Shown in pieces: positions 1-10,998 of a DNA stretch of 64,000 bases. Under the pieces are notes generated by a model. It worked only from the letters and a program-made list of their open reading frames with translations. It ran no database searches and had not been told where the DNA came from. A program made the position numbers and the translations under genes. This stretch comes from Rhodosorus marinus CCMP1338 (lineage: Eukaryota; Plantae; Rhodophyta), in the NCBI GenBank assembly GCA_029953675.1, contig JAMWBK010000004.1, forward strand, positions 1,116,001 to 1,180,000, written 5' to 3'. Numbering within the stretch: position 1 is the first letter of the stretch; each line of letters starts with the position of its first letter.

Positions 1-1383
1 GCCACAAAAAGCCGCAACCTCGAGCAATCTAGTTTATTTGATATATTTCAATCTACCGTATCTTTGAATTATATGTATCTACATACCTGGGGGTCGTGGC
101 GAACTATTTTATTGCTTTTATATACATACCTTTTGCGATGAATTATTACCTCTTTTACATTGTTCTTCATGACCGAGAATTTCTCGTTCCGCCCCCTAAG
201 GGTCTGACTCCACTCATCGCAACAAGAACTTCAACCCGCTGCAAACACTTCTCAATTTCGCAGCAGCATGAGAAGAATAAGTGTATATTCCTGATCCGAG
301 CTTATCAACTGTTTCGTATTTGGCAAGATAAGTCATCCCCATACATATCCTTAGACTAACGCACTCCATAAAATCACCTTCTCTAACCCCGGCCTTCTCT
401 CCTCTGCACCAAAGCCCTCCAGACTACCAAAATAAAGACCAAAAAGCTTGCCCACGTGTGGACCATTTCATTATACGAACTCAATTTTGTTTTCACAACG
501 AATGTTAATTACTAAAAACAAAAATGATACGTGTAAATTTAATTCCAATCTACACTTCTATCACTACAGTTTACAACTTTCAAAAACACTGATAGTTTCG
601 TGTATTTCGACCCACACATCTATTAGAAAACCAAAATTTCGGGAAGCTGTCAGACCATCTGCACCACGTGAATTGGGAACGGTTAAATGATACCTCCGAG
701 TTGTTACCACGTAAAACAAAAATAGATACGACGTGGTGTGTCGAATTTCTTTGCAATTAAATAAAAAAATTCTGTTGAGGAGGAATGAGACTTTTGAAGG
801 GGGAGGAAGGGGGTGGGGGAGGAGGAGAGTATTTGTTCAACAAGTACCAAACCCGTCCCCCCCTTCGACGTGTCTAGGATGATAAACTCTCAACAGACCT
901 AGCAAAATGTATTTCTTCATGGGAACAACGTACAAACCCTCACAGAAGGCTCTTATTGAGATATATATTCATGCTGCAAAACACAATCACCCCCCTTTGT
1001 TGCTGAATGCCAATTATCTCCAAGTTTCCATCCAAGGGGTTGGCGGGAGGAGGGGAGGGGATGGAGGCTTGGTGAAAATTGGCATCTTGCTCGGCTTTGA
1101 GAGAGTCAAGTCTTGGAGACAATTTTTGCTTTGCTTTCCTCTGGCTCTCGTTCAGATGATTGAGTTGAGGTGATGAGTTAGTGTTCACACTTGTGACTCA
1201 CTCTCTCTTCTCTCTCGCAGGACACCCACCCGGGAGTGTTAATTTTCCAGCAAACCAGAGTTGAGGTGCATTGGGAAGTTGTATAGAAATGGTTCATAGG
1301 TATATTGAAAGGCTGGGGGTGGAGACGGGAGTTGGGTGAGAGGAGAGTTGGGGTGAGCGAACCAATGGTGATATTTGCGCAAT

Positions 1384-1417
1384 GCGGTAGGTAGCTGCCT
1401 AGTACAAGGCTACTGGG
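1384..1417. repeat. Dispersed ~35-bp motif GCGGTAGGT.GCTGC..AT.AAGGCTAC.GGG, copy 1 of 3 (others at 13102-13134 and 34736-34768)
   Basis: Direct comparison of the three loci; weaker similarity extends ~40 bp to the left (GGGTG..GAG). Confidence 0.7.
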
Positions 1418-1459
1418 CGGGGGGAAGGTTTTGGGGTAATATATTAGGCTTTTTTCAAA

Positions 1460-4400
1460 ATGGGGAAATTTGTGTTTCTTGTTTTGGTTTTGTTGGGTTT
1501 GGTAGGATGGGGTGGGGTGGGGGGTGTGGTTGTGGAGATGGAGGATATTGTACATGAGACAGTTCTGGAGGGTGAGTTTGAGGTCCCAATAGATATTGAC
1601 TGGATTCCTGGGGATCCTCCGCGGATGATCTTGTGCGACAAGAGCGGGGTGATTTACTTGCAGATCGACGGGGTGCTGCAGTCGAAGCCTTTTTTAGATA
1701 TCTCGGATAAAGTCGTGAGCTTTGGCGATAGGGGGTTGGTGTCCTGTCTGATTGACAAGGAGTTTGAAAAGCGTCCGTTCCTGTACGTCTCCTACGTCGA
1801 CAACAGAGTCAATAATCCCGCGGATGGTCCCTTGTCCGGTAAGGTCGCCAGGTACGCAGTGGAGAGTGATCTTAGCTCTGCTTCGGAGGAGGAGGTCGTA
1901 TTGTTGGGTACGGAAACCCCGCCGCCGGAGGGATGCGGTACCACACCATCGATTGGAAAGAAGGACATCCTCTGTCTGGATACGAGACACCACAACCTCG
2001 GAGGATTGACGATGAGCCCGGGGGGAAATCTTTACGTGGGAATTGGAGATGCGGCGATGCCCGTGGTATTTGATGGGCTGCCCTTGCGGGCTCAGGATCC
2101 AGACTTTGCTGTGGGCAAGATCTACTGCATCATGCCGAACGGTTTGGCGTGTGCGGATAATCCCTTTGTGGATGACGAAGGTAACCGGACGTCGAACCGG
2201 GCAAAGCTCCACAATTATGGAACGAGGAATCCCTTCAGACTCAACTGGGACCCCGTACTTGGCGTCCCACTGGTCGGCCAGGTCGGGCACTCAACGATCG
2301 AGAGCCTGTTCCCAGGGTACCCGTTATCGAACTTTGGATGGCCGTGCATAGAAGGGAACGAGGTGAATGTAAAGACGACCGAGCAACCGGTCTGTGTGGA
2401 TATGGCGGATGGGGCAATCAAGGTGGAAAGTCCATTATGGGCATACTCCCACGACTTAGGCACGTCGATAACGGGAGCCGCGCGGTTAACCTCTTCAATC
2501 TGGCCGTCCAACCTGAGAGGTTTGATCGCGGTCTGCGACTATACTAAGCAATGGATCAAGCTCATTGAGGTGGACGAGGGTGGCATCGTCGGCAGACCTA
2601 AGGACTTGCTGTCGGACTTGAAGGGACCCGTACAGTTGAAGCAGGGTCCAGATGGGTGGCTATACTACCTATCGTTGGTTGGCAGGAAGGTGGTCAGAAT
2701 ACGCTACGAGGAGGATGAAAGCGTGCCCGAGGTGGTGAGGGTTCACCCGCCTGCCATGGCTGAGAACGTGGAGGTCACTGAGGTGTTGAGAGTCAAATTC
2801 TCCAAGCAGATCGACGAGCGGACAATCAGCGGGCAGAATATTTGGGCGGCCAAACGAGCGACCGAGGAGCGGGTGGAAGCGACGCTGGAATGGGATCCGG
2901 CGACGAAGGAAGTGGTTATTCGGCCTGTGAGTCGACTTTATAAAATGACATACTATGTGGTGACGGTGCTGGCGGACATTGAGGATGGTCGGGGCCAGAA
3001 ACTGAAGAGCAAATTTATGTCAAGCTTCATGACGGGAACTGGCCTCTCGGTCTACCTGTCGGACCTTCCTTTCCTAACGGAGCAAAACGGCATCAAGTCC
3101 GTGCCGGTGCTCCGTGACCTTCAGCAGTTTCTGGATTTGGAGCAAGTACAACCTCCCATATCCTTGCGGGGGGTGAGTTACGAAAAAGGTATTGGCGTGG
3201 TATGCCGTTCTACAGTTAAAGTTGCGCTTCCCGAGGAGTGCAAGAGGTTCCAGTCGTACGTCGGAGTGGATGATCTGAGGAAGGCGTTGGAGACCGTCGA
3301 GCTATTTTTCAAGGTGCGCAAGTTTTCTCCTGGTGCTGGTGCAGAGACGCTCTACGAGGACATATCTGCGTTGACCAGATCCAAACGGGCCAAGCTTATC
3401 GATGTGAATGTGAGAGGGGCGGAAACGGTGACGATAAGCTGCCGAAAGTCGGATGTAACGAGGTTCGGCCTGGCCATAGGATCTTGGGCCGATGCTAAGT
3501 TCAGATGCGGCGATTACGATAGAAATAGGCCCGAGGTTGTGAGGATGGAACCGGTGGGGCGCCTCAGGATATGGGAAGCCATCACCGTGGTCTTCAGCGA
3601 GCCCATGGACATAATCAGCTCACTAGAGGCCACTGAAATGCTGCTTCCTATTGCACTTGGCGGGTACGAGATTGGCTTTACCGCCAAGTTCAGTGCGGAC
3701 CAAACGCAGATGATCATCCAACCCAACCAGCAGCTGCTCTACGACACCACTTACCTGGTGACGATCAAATCGTCCGCGCGGGATCTTGCTGGGAACGAAC
3801 TTCGTGGCGACGTCAAGCACGAGTTTATGACGACGACCATCTACCCCCGGGGACTGAAAGTTCGACTAGCTGAGCTCACCGTGCAGGTGGTGGATCCGCC
3901 GGAAGCGTTCACCACTTCCAGCGAAGGCAGAAACGCGGTCCTCAGACTCAGATCCGATGTGAGCGTCGAGTACATGGCCCCCGGAGTATGCAGGACGCTC
4001 AAGATGAATGTCGCAGCAAATCCATCCGGCTCGGACCTAGACTTCAAGGTCACCGGCGACCGGGGACAGAGTCTCTGCCGGTCTCGTGGGATTCGTGGTT
4101 CGGATGAACCGATCCATCTGGAGTGCAGTCTCAAAGATCAGAACACGTTCAAGCTGGTCGCCACCGGCGGAACGGGCGTTGTGCGCGTCCTCGATGCGGT
4201 GCTGGAGTGTTCCAGCGAGGCCAAACAGTCGCGGTGCCTTTTCGACTCGGATATGCCAGAGTCCTTCCGCGTGCACGACAATATCAGCTTTGGCGCGAAA
4301 TGCTACAACTATAAAGGCGACCTGATCCCGGCGTCCATGTACGTATTCACAGTTAAGCTGATCCACTGCCAGACGATCTGTCATGCGCACGTTGAGCTCG

Positions 4401-4768
4401 TGCGCGAACGGCAGGACAACGGACAGTACACAGTTCCAGACCACGGCGATTTTTTCTTTGTTGAGATCGATCTCGCGATTAGCGACAACAGAAACGTGAT
4501 TGTTGCTTCGACACAGATTCGACCGCAGACCGTCACCGTCGGGGTTACAACTATGCCATCAGGTCTTAAGGTCGCAGTGGACTCCCTCTCAGGCCCATCG
4601 CCGCTCAAATCGATTGTAGTCGTCGGTGCGAACTTCACCGTGAACGTTCCGACAAAGTCTTACGGCGGAGACTTTCAGGGGTGGGATGACAACCCTAGCG
4701 TGGGCCCCACGAGATCGTTCCTGTTCAATACGCCGGGAACCAGAGACTACAACGCCTTCTATTCATGA
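1460..4768 (+). CDS. Secreted multidomain protein: PQQ-dependent glucose/sorbosone dehydrogenase-like (GSDH) beta-propeller, Big_5 Ig-like, NPCBM, second Big_5, degenerate NPCBM, bacterial-type C-terminal region
   Basis: 1102-aa uninterrupted ORF. Hydrophobic N-terminus (KFVFLVLVLLGLVG). GSDH-type motifs HHNLGGLTMSPGGNLYVGIGD, GKIYCI, NPF, YGTRNPFR, GPVQLKQGPDGWLYY. Big_5 motifs PEVVRVHP..VKFSKQID and ITVVFSEPMD. NPCBM motif VYLSDLP..LRGVSYEKGIG..FQSYVGVDD. Confidence 0.88.
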   Translation: MGKFVFLVLVLLGLVGWGGVGGVVVEMEDIVHETVLEGEFEVPIDIDWIPGDPPRMILCDKSGVIYLQIDGVLQSKPFLDISDKVVSFGDRGLVSCLIDKEFEKRPFLYVSYVDNRVNNPADGPLSGKVARYAVESDLSSASEEEVVLLGTETPPPEGCGTTPSIGKKDILCLDTRHHNLGGLTMSPGGNLYVGIGDAAMPVVFDGLPLRAQDPDFAVGKIYCIMPNGLACADNPFVDDEGNRTSNRAKLHNYGTRNPFRLNWDPVLGVPLVGQVGHSTIESLFPGYPLSNFGWPCIEGNEVNVKTTEQPVCVDMADGAIKVESPLWAYSHDLGTSITGAARLTSSIWPSNLRGLIAVCDYTKQWIKLIEVDEGGIVGRPKDLLSDLKGPVQLKQGPDGWLYYLSLVGRKVVRIRYEEDESVPEVVRVHPPAMAENVEVTEVLRVKFSKQIDERTISGQNIWAAKRATEERVEATLEWDPATKEVVIRPVSRLYKMTYYVVTVLADIEDGRGQKLKSKFMSSFMTGTGLSVYLSDLPFLTEQNGIKSVPVLRDLQQFLDLEQVQPPISLRGVSYEKGIGVVCRSTVKVALPEECKRFQSYVGVDDLRKALETVELFFKVRKFSPGAGAETLYEDISALTRSKRAKLIDVNVRGAETVTISCRKSDVTRFGLAIGSWADAKFRCGDYDRNRPEVVRMEPVGRLRIWEAITVVFSEPMDIISSLEATEMLLPIALGGYEIGFTAKFSADQTQMIIQPNQQLLYDTTYLVTIKSSARDLAGNELRGDVKHEFMTTTIYPRGLKVRLAELTVQVVDPPEAFTTSSEGRNAVLRLRSDVSVEYMAPGVCRTLKMNVAANPSGSDLDFKVTGDRGQSLCRSRGIRGSDEPIHLECSLKDQNTFKLVATGGTGVVRVLDAVLECSSEAKQSRCLFDSDMPESFRVHDNISFGAKCYNYKGDLIPASMYVFTVKLIHCQTICHAHVELVRERQDNGQYTVPDHGDFFFVEIDLAISDNRNVIVASTQIRPQTVTVGVTTMPSGLKVAVDSLSGPSPLKSIVVVGANFTVNVPTKSYGGDFQGWDDNPSVGPTRSFLFNTPGTRDYNAFYS

Positions 4769-5364
4769 GCGGGAAGAAGAGGAAGAGGAGGCACTGAGGA
4801 ACTCTCTTAGCTCTATAGAGAAATCCATACGATGGGGCGCTTGTGATGAGCTTCGCTGGGACCAGTGCAGATCTGAATTTGGACCTCCCTATGAAGCTCC
4901 CACGTGAGCTCTGAATACGTGTTAGTCAAATTCTGTAAGTTATGTGAAGTAGATATTCGGAATAGAACTTTCCTTCAGAACGCCCAACACGACGGCGCTC
5001 ATGAGTGTTCACAGCGATTGCCCAGATTCAGATCACACCCTAGGACTATAAAAAACGTGGCGTGGTGGTTTCAATCAGGGTGTAGAGGAGATTCTTCTCA
5101 ACACTTCAAAAAAGCCCTAAAAATACATCCACTTCATCTGTCCCTTTCCAGCTGTTCCATCGGACTAGCCACAGACCATCAAAACCTTATTTACATGAAG
5201 CTAAATCGCATTGGATGGGATGGTTTACATTGGCTATGAGAATGGTTGGATCGCTTGCACTCAATGGACCAGTATATCTGTGCTACTATAAGCAGTCAGC
5301 CGAGTCTCAGCTGCTCTACGTGCGGTGGATGAGGCCATCCACTCCTGGGATGGACTACTAAAAA

Positions 5365-5785
5365 ATGCAACTTCGGACACAAAGTTGCAGCGAAGATCGC
5401 GCCCCTCCAACATCAAATCACCGTTCATACGCCACAGCAAGAAACTTAAATGGGTAAACGAGGACAGACGGTCAGGGTGTTCGCGGAACACTTCTTCAAG
5501 CCAACGAGAACCAACAGAATTTGCAAACCCAAAGCACTCAATGACCACAGGTAGCAGACGATGAGCTAGAGCCGAAGCACGAATCCCTGGGGAAGATGAA
5601 GCCCCCGGATATTTCAACTCTTTGCGACGTCTCTTACTGGCACCGGAAAATCCACGGCACTCTCCCGCAGCCGGCAAATAACGACTCAGCTGAGGATTAG
5701 GAACAGCAAGGTCAATGTAAGTCGTACGGCTGTTATCGTCACAGGTGACCACGAGATCAGCCACGCGGCGTTCATCATTTTGGTA
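5365..5785 (-). mobile_element. CRE-like non-LTR retrotransposon family A, 5'-truncated copy (RLE endonuclease domain only)
   Basis: Translates to NDERRVADLVVTCDDNSRTTYIDLAVPNPQ..KELKY..PVVIECFG..RWLEEVF, the PD-(D/E)xK-type RLE layout; homologous to 35686-36084 and 39875-40215. Confidence 0.85.
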
Positions 5786-5796
5786 GATTATATTGA

Positions 5797-8700
5797 ATGA
5801 ATTGGTTTAATCGGAGGCTGAAACAAAAAAAAACTGAGGCTGTGGCGCGCCTCGGCGAGCATGTTGCTAGAATACGGCAGAAAGCGACATTTAGACGGCG
5901 GCGGAGCACCAGATATTCTTCAGGATGTTCGGTAAAACAGTTGCGCAGCCACTCCAAGCTTGACTTTGACAGATGTCCAAAGCTTTCCACAATGAAAGGC
6001 TGGACTTTACTAGCATAGCCTGAAGCGATGAAAGGCTGGAACCTGTGAGACCGGCCCTCTTCACGGAGAAGACTGGCCATGCTCTCAGCGTACCGTCGTT
6101 CCCTCACAAGGCGAAGTATAGAAGCTGCTGCCCCCGTGCGGGGCACCGCAGAAGGGAAATGGGTACTGCACACGGGGCAAGTAACAGCGAGGTCCAAATA
6201 TACTGAGCGTCTGGCGGCGGCCTTTGATACCAGAAGATCTTTGATGCAACGAGGAGATGTGGTTGCGGAGGGTGTACTAGGCAGTGCCGATTCCACCTCG
6301 ATCGTGTAGGCAACTCTTGTCAAGTGTTCGTTCAGGATGTATTTCAGGCGCGTGTGTCTCTTCGTACGATGACCCCGTAGCAGTTCACACGAGCGCAAAA
6401 ACGGTTGCCCACATCCGTCGATACGGCTCGCACAACCTTGGCAGAAGGCAGGGCGATTAGAATGCCAAGGGGCCGGTGGCAAACCCAGGTAGGTGCGTGC
6501 TGCAGTCCGGAACTGGAAAGCGTTCAGCGTTGGCCCCGTGACGAGGGCAGAGTGGTTAGACATAGGTGAAAGATAGATGACCTCCCATGCCCTGTAGACG
6601 AGCCGCAGTGGTAGGTGGTGTGAGTGGAGAGTTGAGCAAGATTGTGTGAGCAGCACTGTGTTGGTCCCAAGGAAGGCTATGTTGGATCACATCAGTGCGG
6701 GAGCTTCGCGATCTGCTTATTCCCGGGTAATCGGCCTCGAGTGACTGAGGACCGACTGGCGTAATCGTTGGCATCGCCACCTCTCCGCTAACTTCCGGAT
6801 GCTCTCAATCATTCCGATGGGCCGAAGACGCGGTTGCTCATGCGAATGATCGGCTTTCGCAAACAAGCAAAGCTGTGCCCGCCGTAAGTGTGCCTACGGT
6901 GTGGACGCGCGTACAGTTCCCTGCAAAAAGGCATTCAGAGTCTTCACCAATGCGCGTCGGCCCGTCTCGCTCAAAGCCTGCAATAATTCCGTGCGAAGGT
7001 CTGAAGGCCCAGGGGAACGGTCGCGGTGGGAGGTACGGAGAAGTGAGGCTATGTTGGATCACATCAGTGCGTGAGCTCCACGATCTGTTTATACCCGGTT
7101 AATCGGCCACGGGTGACTGGGGCCTGGCTCCACTATCGTCCGCCAGCACACGATTAACCGTAGATTCCACTACAGCCTCATTGCGTCCCCATAGCACTTC
7201 CTTCCAGGAAGTGAACTTAGATCGATTCTCCTCTGGCACGGCATTGCAAGGACGAAACGACTGGCGCAGGCCGTCGTAGATGCGCAGTAGCGGTCGCGGA
7301 AGGTTGACTGGGTCATCGTTCGTCAGTGCCCAAGTCAAAAGGCACGCACTGCGGAACCTAAATCCCACAAGGGAATGAAGAGCGGTGGCCCAGGAAGCCA
7401 CCGTCGCCGTCGACAAGACGTCGGTCACCCACTCCAAAGCCTCCCAGGCGCGCGCAGGGTAGAGCATCCGAGCCCGTACCAGGTCCCTATCAGGTGCCGA
7501 TGTCGAAGAAGTGGTTCGTCCAATAGTGTGCCCCAATATCGCCTCGTCCGACATAGCAGCAATCCACGCTCCCCGTTGGGGTGGAAGACTTCTCAGCCAA
7601 TAGTTGAGGAGGGACCCGCACAAAGTTGAGGAGGGACCCGCACAAAATCGAGAAATCAGGAACACCGATAGCAGCATACCATCAGGAAGGCCCTCAATGG
7701 CATATCTCAGCTGCCTTGTGCTTGGTCAAAACTCGTTCGCAGGAGGCTTGCGCGAAGCTATCACTTTCCAGCCTAATACCATGATGCATCAGACCCTCAG
7801 GTCGGCAAAGGTGCATGAGAGCGTCGGCCAGACTACCCGTAGGGCACCCAGTGAGGCCCCTACGGGGCCTCACTGGGTGGGGGAAAACAACACTTCTCCG
7901 GCACGACTGTCAACCCCACCTCACTTGCAATAGCTTGGATCCCGCCAACCCCGATCTAGATCCGAAGGGCTACCCATCAACGTCACATTATCATGATATG
8001 CACAGATTCGTAGGTCCTCCATCTCAATCGCGAGCTGCGAGGCACAGGCGTGAAGGACCGGCCCACAAGGATCCCCTTGTTGTATCCCTGTGTATGCTTC
8101 AAAAAATTTCACCCCCAGCAGGCATGTACGGGAGCACAGTAAATCCCAACTAAAAAAGGCCAAGCCTCAGGAAACACCCTTCGAACCACCTCCACTGCGT
8201 GCGTCAGGGATATTTCCGAAAAGCTGTTGAAAGCGCGCCGGAAATCAATAGCCAGGATGCCCCAGGCCGGCTTAGTGGCCCGTTCTAGCTCGATCGCATG
8301 GGTATTCGCATCCCCCAGAAAACCCCACCGCCACTTGGAGAGGAGCCAAAAAAAATTGTAACACGCTGGCCTGGTCGCTGGCGTAGCCACCTCCCCACTA
8401 ACTTCCGTATGCTCTCAATCATTCCGATGGTCCGAAGCCGAGGGTGCTCAGGCGAGTGATCGGCTTTCGCAAGCAAACAAAGCTGCGCCCGCTGTAAGTT
8501 TGCCCACGGCGTGGACGCGAGTAGAGTTCCCGGCATTCAGAATCTTCACCAATGCGCGTCGGCCCCGTCTCGCTCAGGGCCTGCAATACTCCCGTTCGAA
8601 GGCCTGAAGGCCCAGGGGACCTTCCGCGGCGGGAGGTACGGAGAAGTTCCTCCAAATCGAACTCGCGGGGCGTCGTATCTATGCGAAGGCCGGCCAACTC

Positions 8701-9410
8701 TGGTCGGTCGAGAAGGGCAGCGAAGTTGAGCTGGAGCTCCACATCAGACGACGGAAATAATGCTGATATCGGTTCCGCCAGCCGGTCATCATAGGGAAGG
8801 ACAGGCACTTGTCCCTCCAAAACCTGTGCCGCTCGACTCAAATCACCAACCTCCACCAACTTCTGCACCCGAGCCGTCATGTGCGAGGCACCCTCGGACT
8901 TGACCGTGCGTACCGAGGCCTCGAGCGACCTCATGTAAATACTTTGCATAACCTCAAGTTCCCCACGCAGGAACATTGCGAGCCGGTCCCGGACATGCCA
9001 GCTACGCGCTAATGTACGAGCGGGGCCAGGATCGAACGCGGCACGGAGGCCTCTGACAAGCCGATGTTCTGTCGAGACGAAGTCACCTGCCAGGTGATCG
9101 GTTTCTGGGAGCTCTACGTGGAAGTTGCTCCAGAACTTAGTAATCTGACCATCACCTTGATAGATAGATGCGCCCATGTTGCCGACTGCGAACGTGTGTG
9201 GTCATCAGGGGCCCGCACACGTACAGCAATCCGGAACAGATTGCAGGCGGAGCGAATTTTCATTGATTGAAACTGTGAAGTTGGGAACCACGAAAGCGAC
9301 TTGCCAGTCACGGGAGTTCATGTGGAACCCTTGTCCTGTTCGAAATACTGCTGGAATCCTCAGGTTTAGGACGGTAAACGGAGGGGGTGGTGCTAAGGCC
9401 TTGTAGAAGC
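5797..9410 (-). mobile_element. CRE-like non-LTR retrotransposon family B, degenerate composite copy (RT, thumb, CCHC knuckle, RLE) with internal duplications
   Basis: RT motifs RGRSPGPSGL, RLRTIGMIESIRKL, ILAIDFRRAFN, GIQQGDPCGP and AYHDN (catalytic DD mutated). Knuckle CQGC..DGCGQPFLRSC..RH. RLE YLDLAVTCP..FIVESFG. Block 6672-6745 repeats at 7046-7118; 6770-7045 duplicates 8385-8650. Frameshifts and stops throughout. Confidence 0.85.
6005..6027 (-). mobile_element. 23-bp family-B 3'-end stub with 13-bp TSD
   Basis: ATGAAAGGCTGGA at 5992-6004 and 6028-6040 flanks the insert, whose reverse complement is CGCTTCAGGCTATGCTAGTAAAG. The uninterrupted coding context is seen at ~9745-9780. Confidence 0.85.
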
Positions 9411-9499
9411 TTCTATAGATGTTCCACCGCCTCCGCAGAACTGCTTCCCCATCCTGTCAACGCACCGTTTTCAATCGCCTAAGCTTCCATAACTGTTGT

Positions 9500-9994
9500 T
9501 CCACTACAGACTCATTGTGTGGACATAGCATCTCCTCCTAGGAACTGAACTTAGATCGATTCTTTTCCGGCACGGCATTGCACCGACGAAACGCCTGTTG
9601 CAGGCCGTTATAGATGCGCAGTAACGGCGGCGGAAGGTTGACCTGGTCATCGTTCGTCAGCGCCCGCGGAACCTAAACTTCACCGCATGAGGGAACGACG
9701 GTACGCTCAGAGCATGGCCGGTCTTCCCCGGGAAGAGGGCCGGTCTCTCAGATTCCAGCGTTTCTTTGTGGAAACCTTTGGGCATCTGGAAAAGTCAAGC
9801 TTGGAGTGGCTACATAAGAGCTTTACCGAATATCCTGAAGAATATCTGGTGCCCCTCCGCAGTTTAAGAATCGCACTCTGGCGGTATTCTAGAAACATGC
9901 TCGCCACCGTCGCCTGGGTTTACATGCTCTCCTTCCTAGTCGCTAATTTCCTTCTACGTTTTCCGTAGCGCATCAGGCTATGTTAGTAAAACCA
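9500..9994 (+). mobile_element. Family-B copy with 5' inversion (antisense 9500-9683, sense RLE and 3' end 9684-9994)
   Basis: 9500-9683 matches 7165-7365 in the same (antisense) orientation. 9687-9968 encodes RERRY..FVETFGHLEKSSLEWL. Flanks CCATAACTGTTGT (9487-9499) and CCATCACTGTTGT (9995-10007) match at 12 of 13 bases. Confidence 0.8.
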
Positions 9995-10368
9995 CCATCA
10001 CTGTTGTGCGGCGCTCCCTTCAAAGAGCGATTCTGAAAATCAAAAAAACCCCTTACCCCTGAAAAGAGTTCCATTTTCCCGTTACCCACTAAAAACCCGC
10101 GATAGTCATTAAATGTTCATCGCCCAGCCACCAAATTCTCTACGGATGCACTGGAATCGCCTATTGCCCGCACTTACAGGCCCGCCCCGCCCTTAAACCC
10201 CCCTGTTTTCGCAGGTTTACCCACTTCTGGGTCGAAAACAGTCAAAAACCCAATGGGCCCAACCCTACTCCGAGTTGTTTTACTGTTTTGCAATAGTCTG
10301 CCCATCCGCTTGAAGAATTATCGGTACCTCCAGATAAACGTTATCCGCGGCACATGACAGCACAAGAG

Positions 10369-10998
10369 AACGAACGAATGGTTTAATCGGAGGCTGAAAG
10401 AAAAAACCCCGAGGGGAAAAAAAGACTATGTGCGGCGAAGAACTCGCGCCTCCAACATCAAAGCGGCATTCATGCGCCACAGCAGGAAACGTAAGCGGGT
10501 AAACAACGATTGAAGACGGTCAGGGCGTTCGCGGAACAACTCCCGAAGCCAGCGAGAACCAACAGAGTCCATGAACCCAAAGCACTCAATGATCAGGGGA
10601 CAAGAGAGAGGAAAACAACTCGAAAAAGGAAGAAATTTTGTACCAGACGGTGGCCTACTTCTAAATCACTTTCTACACGTTTGTCGTACATTTTGCACTG
10701 GAACCCTTTTTTTACCCGATGGTGATTGTCAATTCCAACCAGTCCGATCAAATTTTTGATGTCCTATAGAAGGCTACCAAAATGATGAACGCCGCATGGA
10801 TGACCTCTCGTGGTCACCTGTGGCGATAGCCGCCGTACGACGTACATTGATCTGTACATTGATCTAGCTGTTCCTAATCCTCAGGATAGTCACCATGTGC
10901 CGGCTGCGGGAGAGCGCCGTGGATTTGCCGCTGCCAGTATGAAACGATGCAATTAGTTGAAATATGCGGGGTCTTTGCTTCCGAACCTGGTACGCCGT
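10369..10998 (-). mobile_element. Family-A copy with inverted 5' part (3' half on minus 10369-10598; upstream half on plus ~10600-10998)
   Basis: The minus segment runs from PLIIECFG to the tail CATTCGTTCG. The plus segment carries NHFLHVC and NDERR..TTYID..KYAG. The two halves are complementary parts of one element. Confidence 0.75.
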
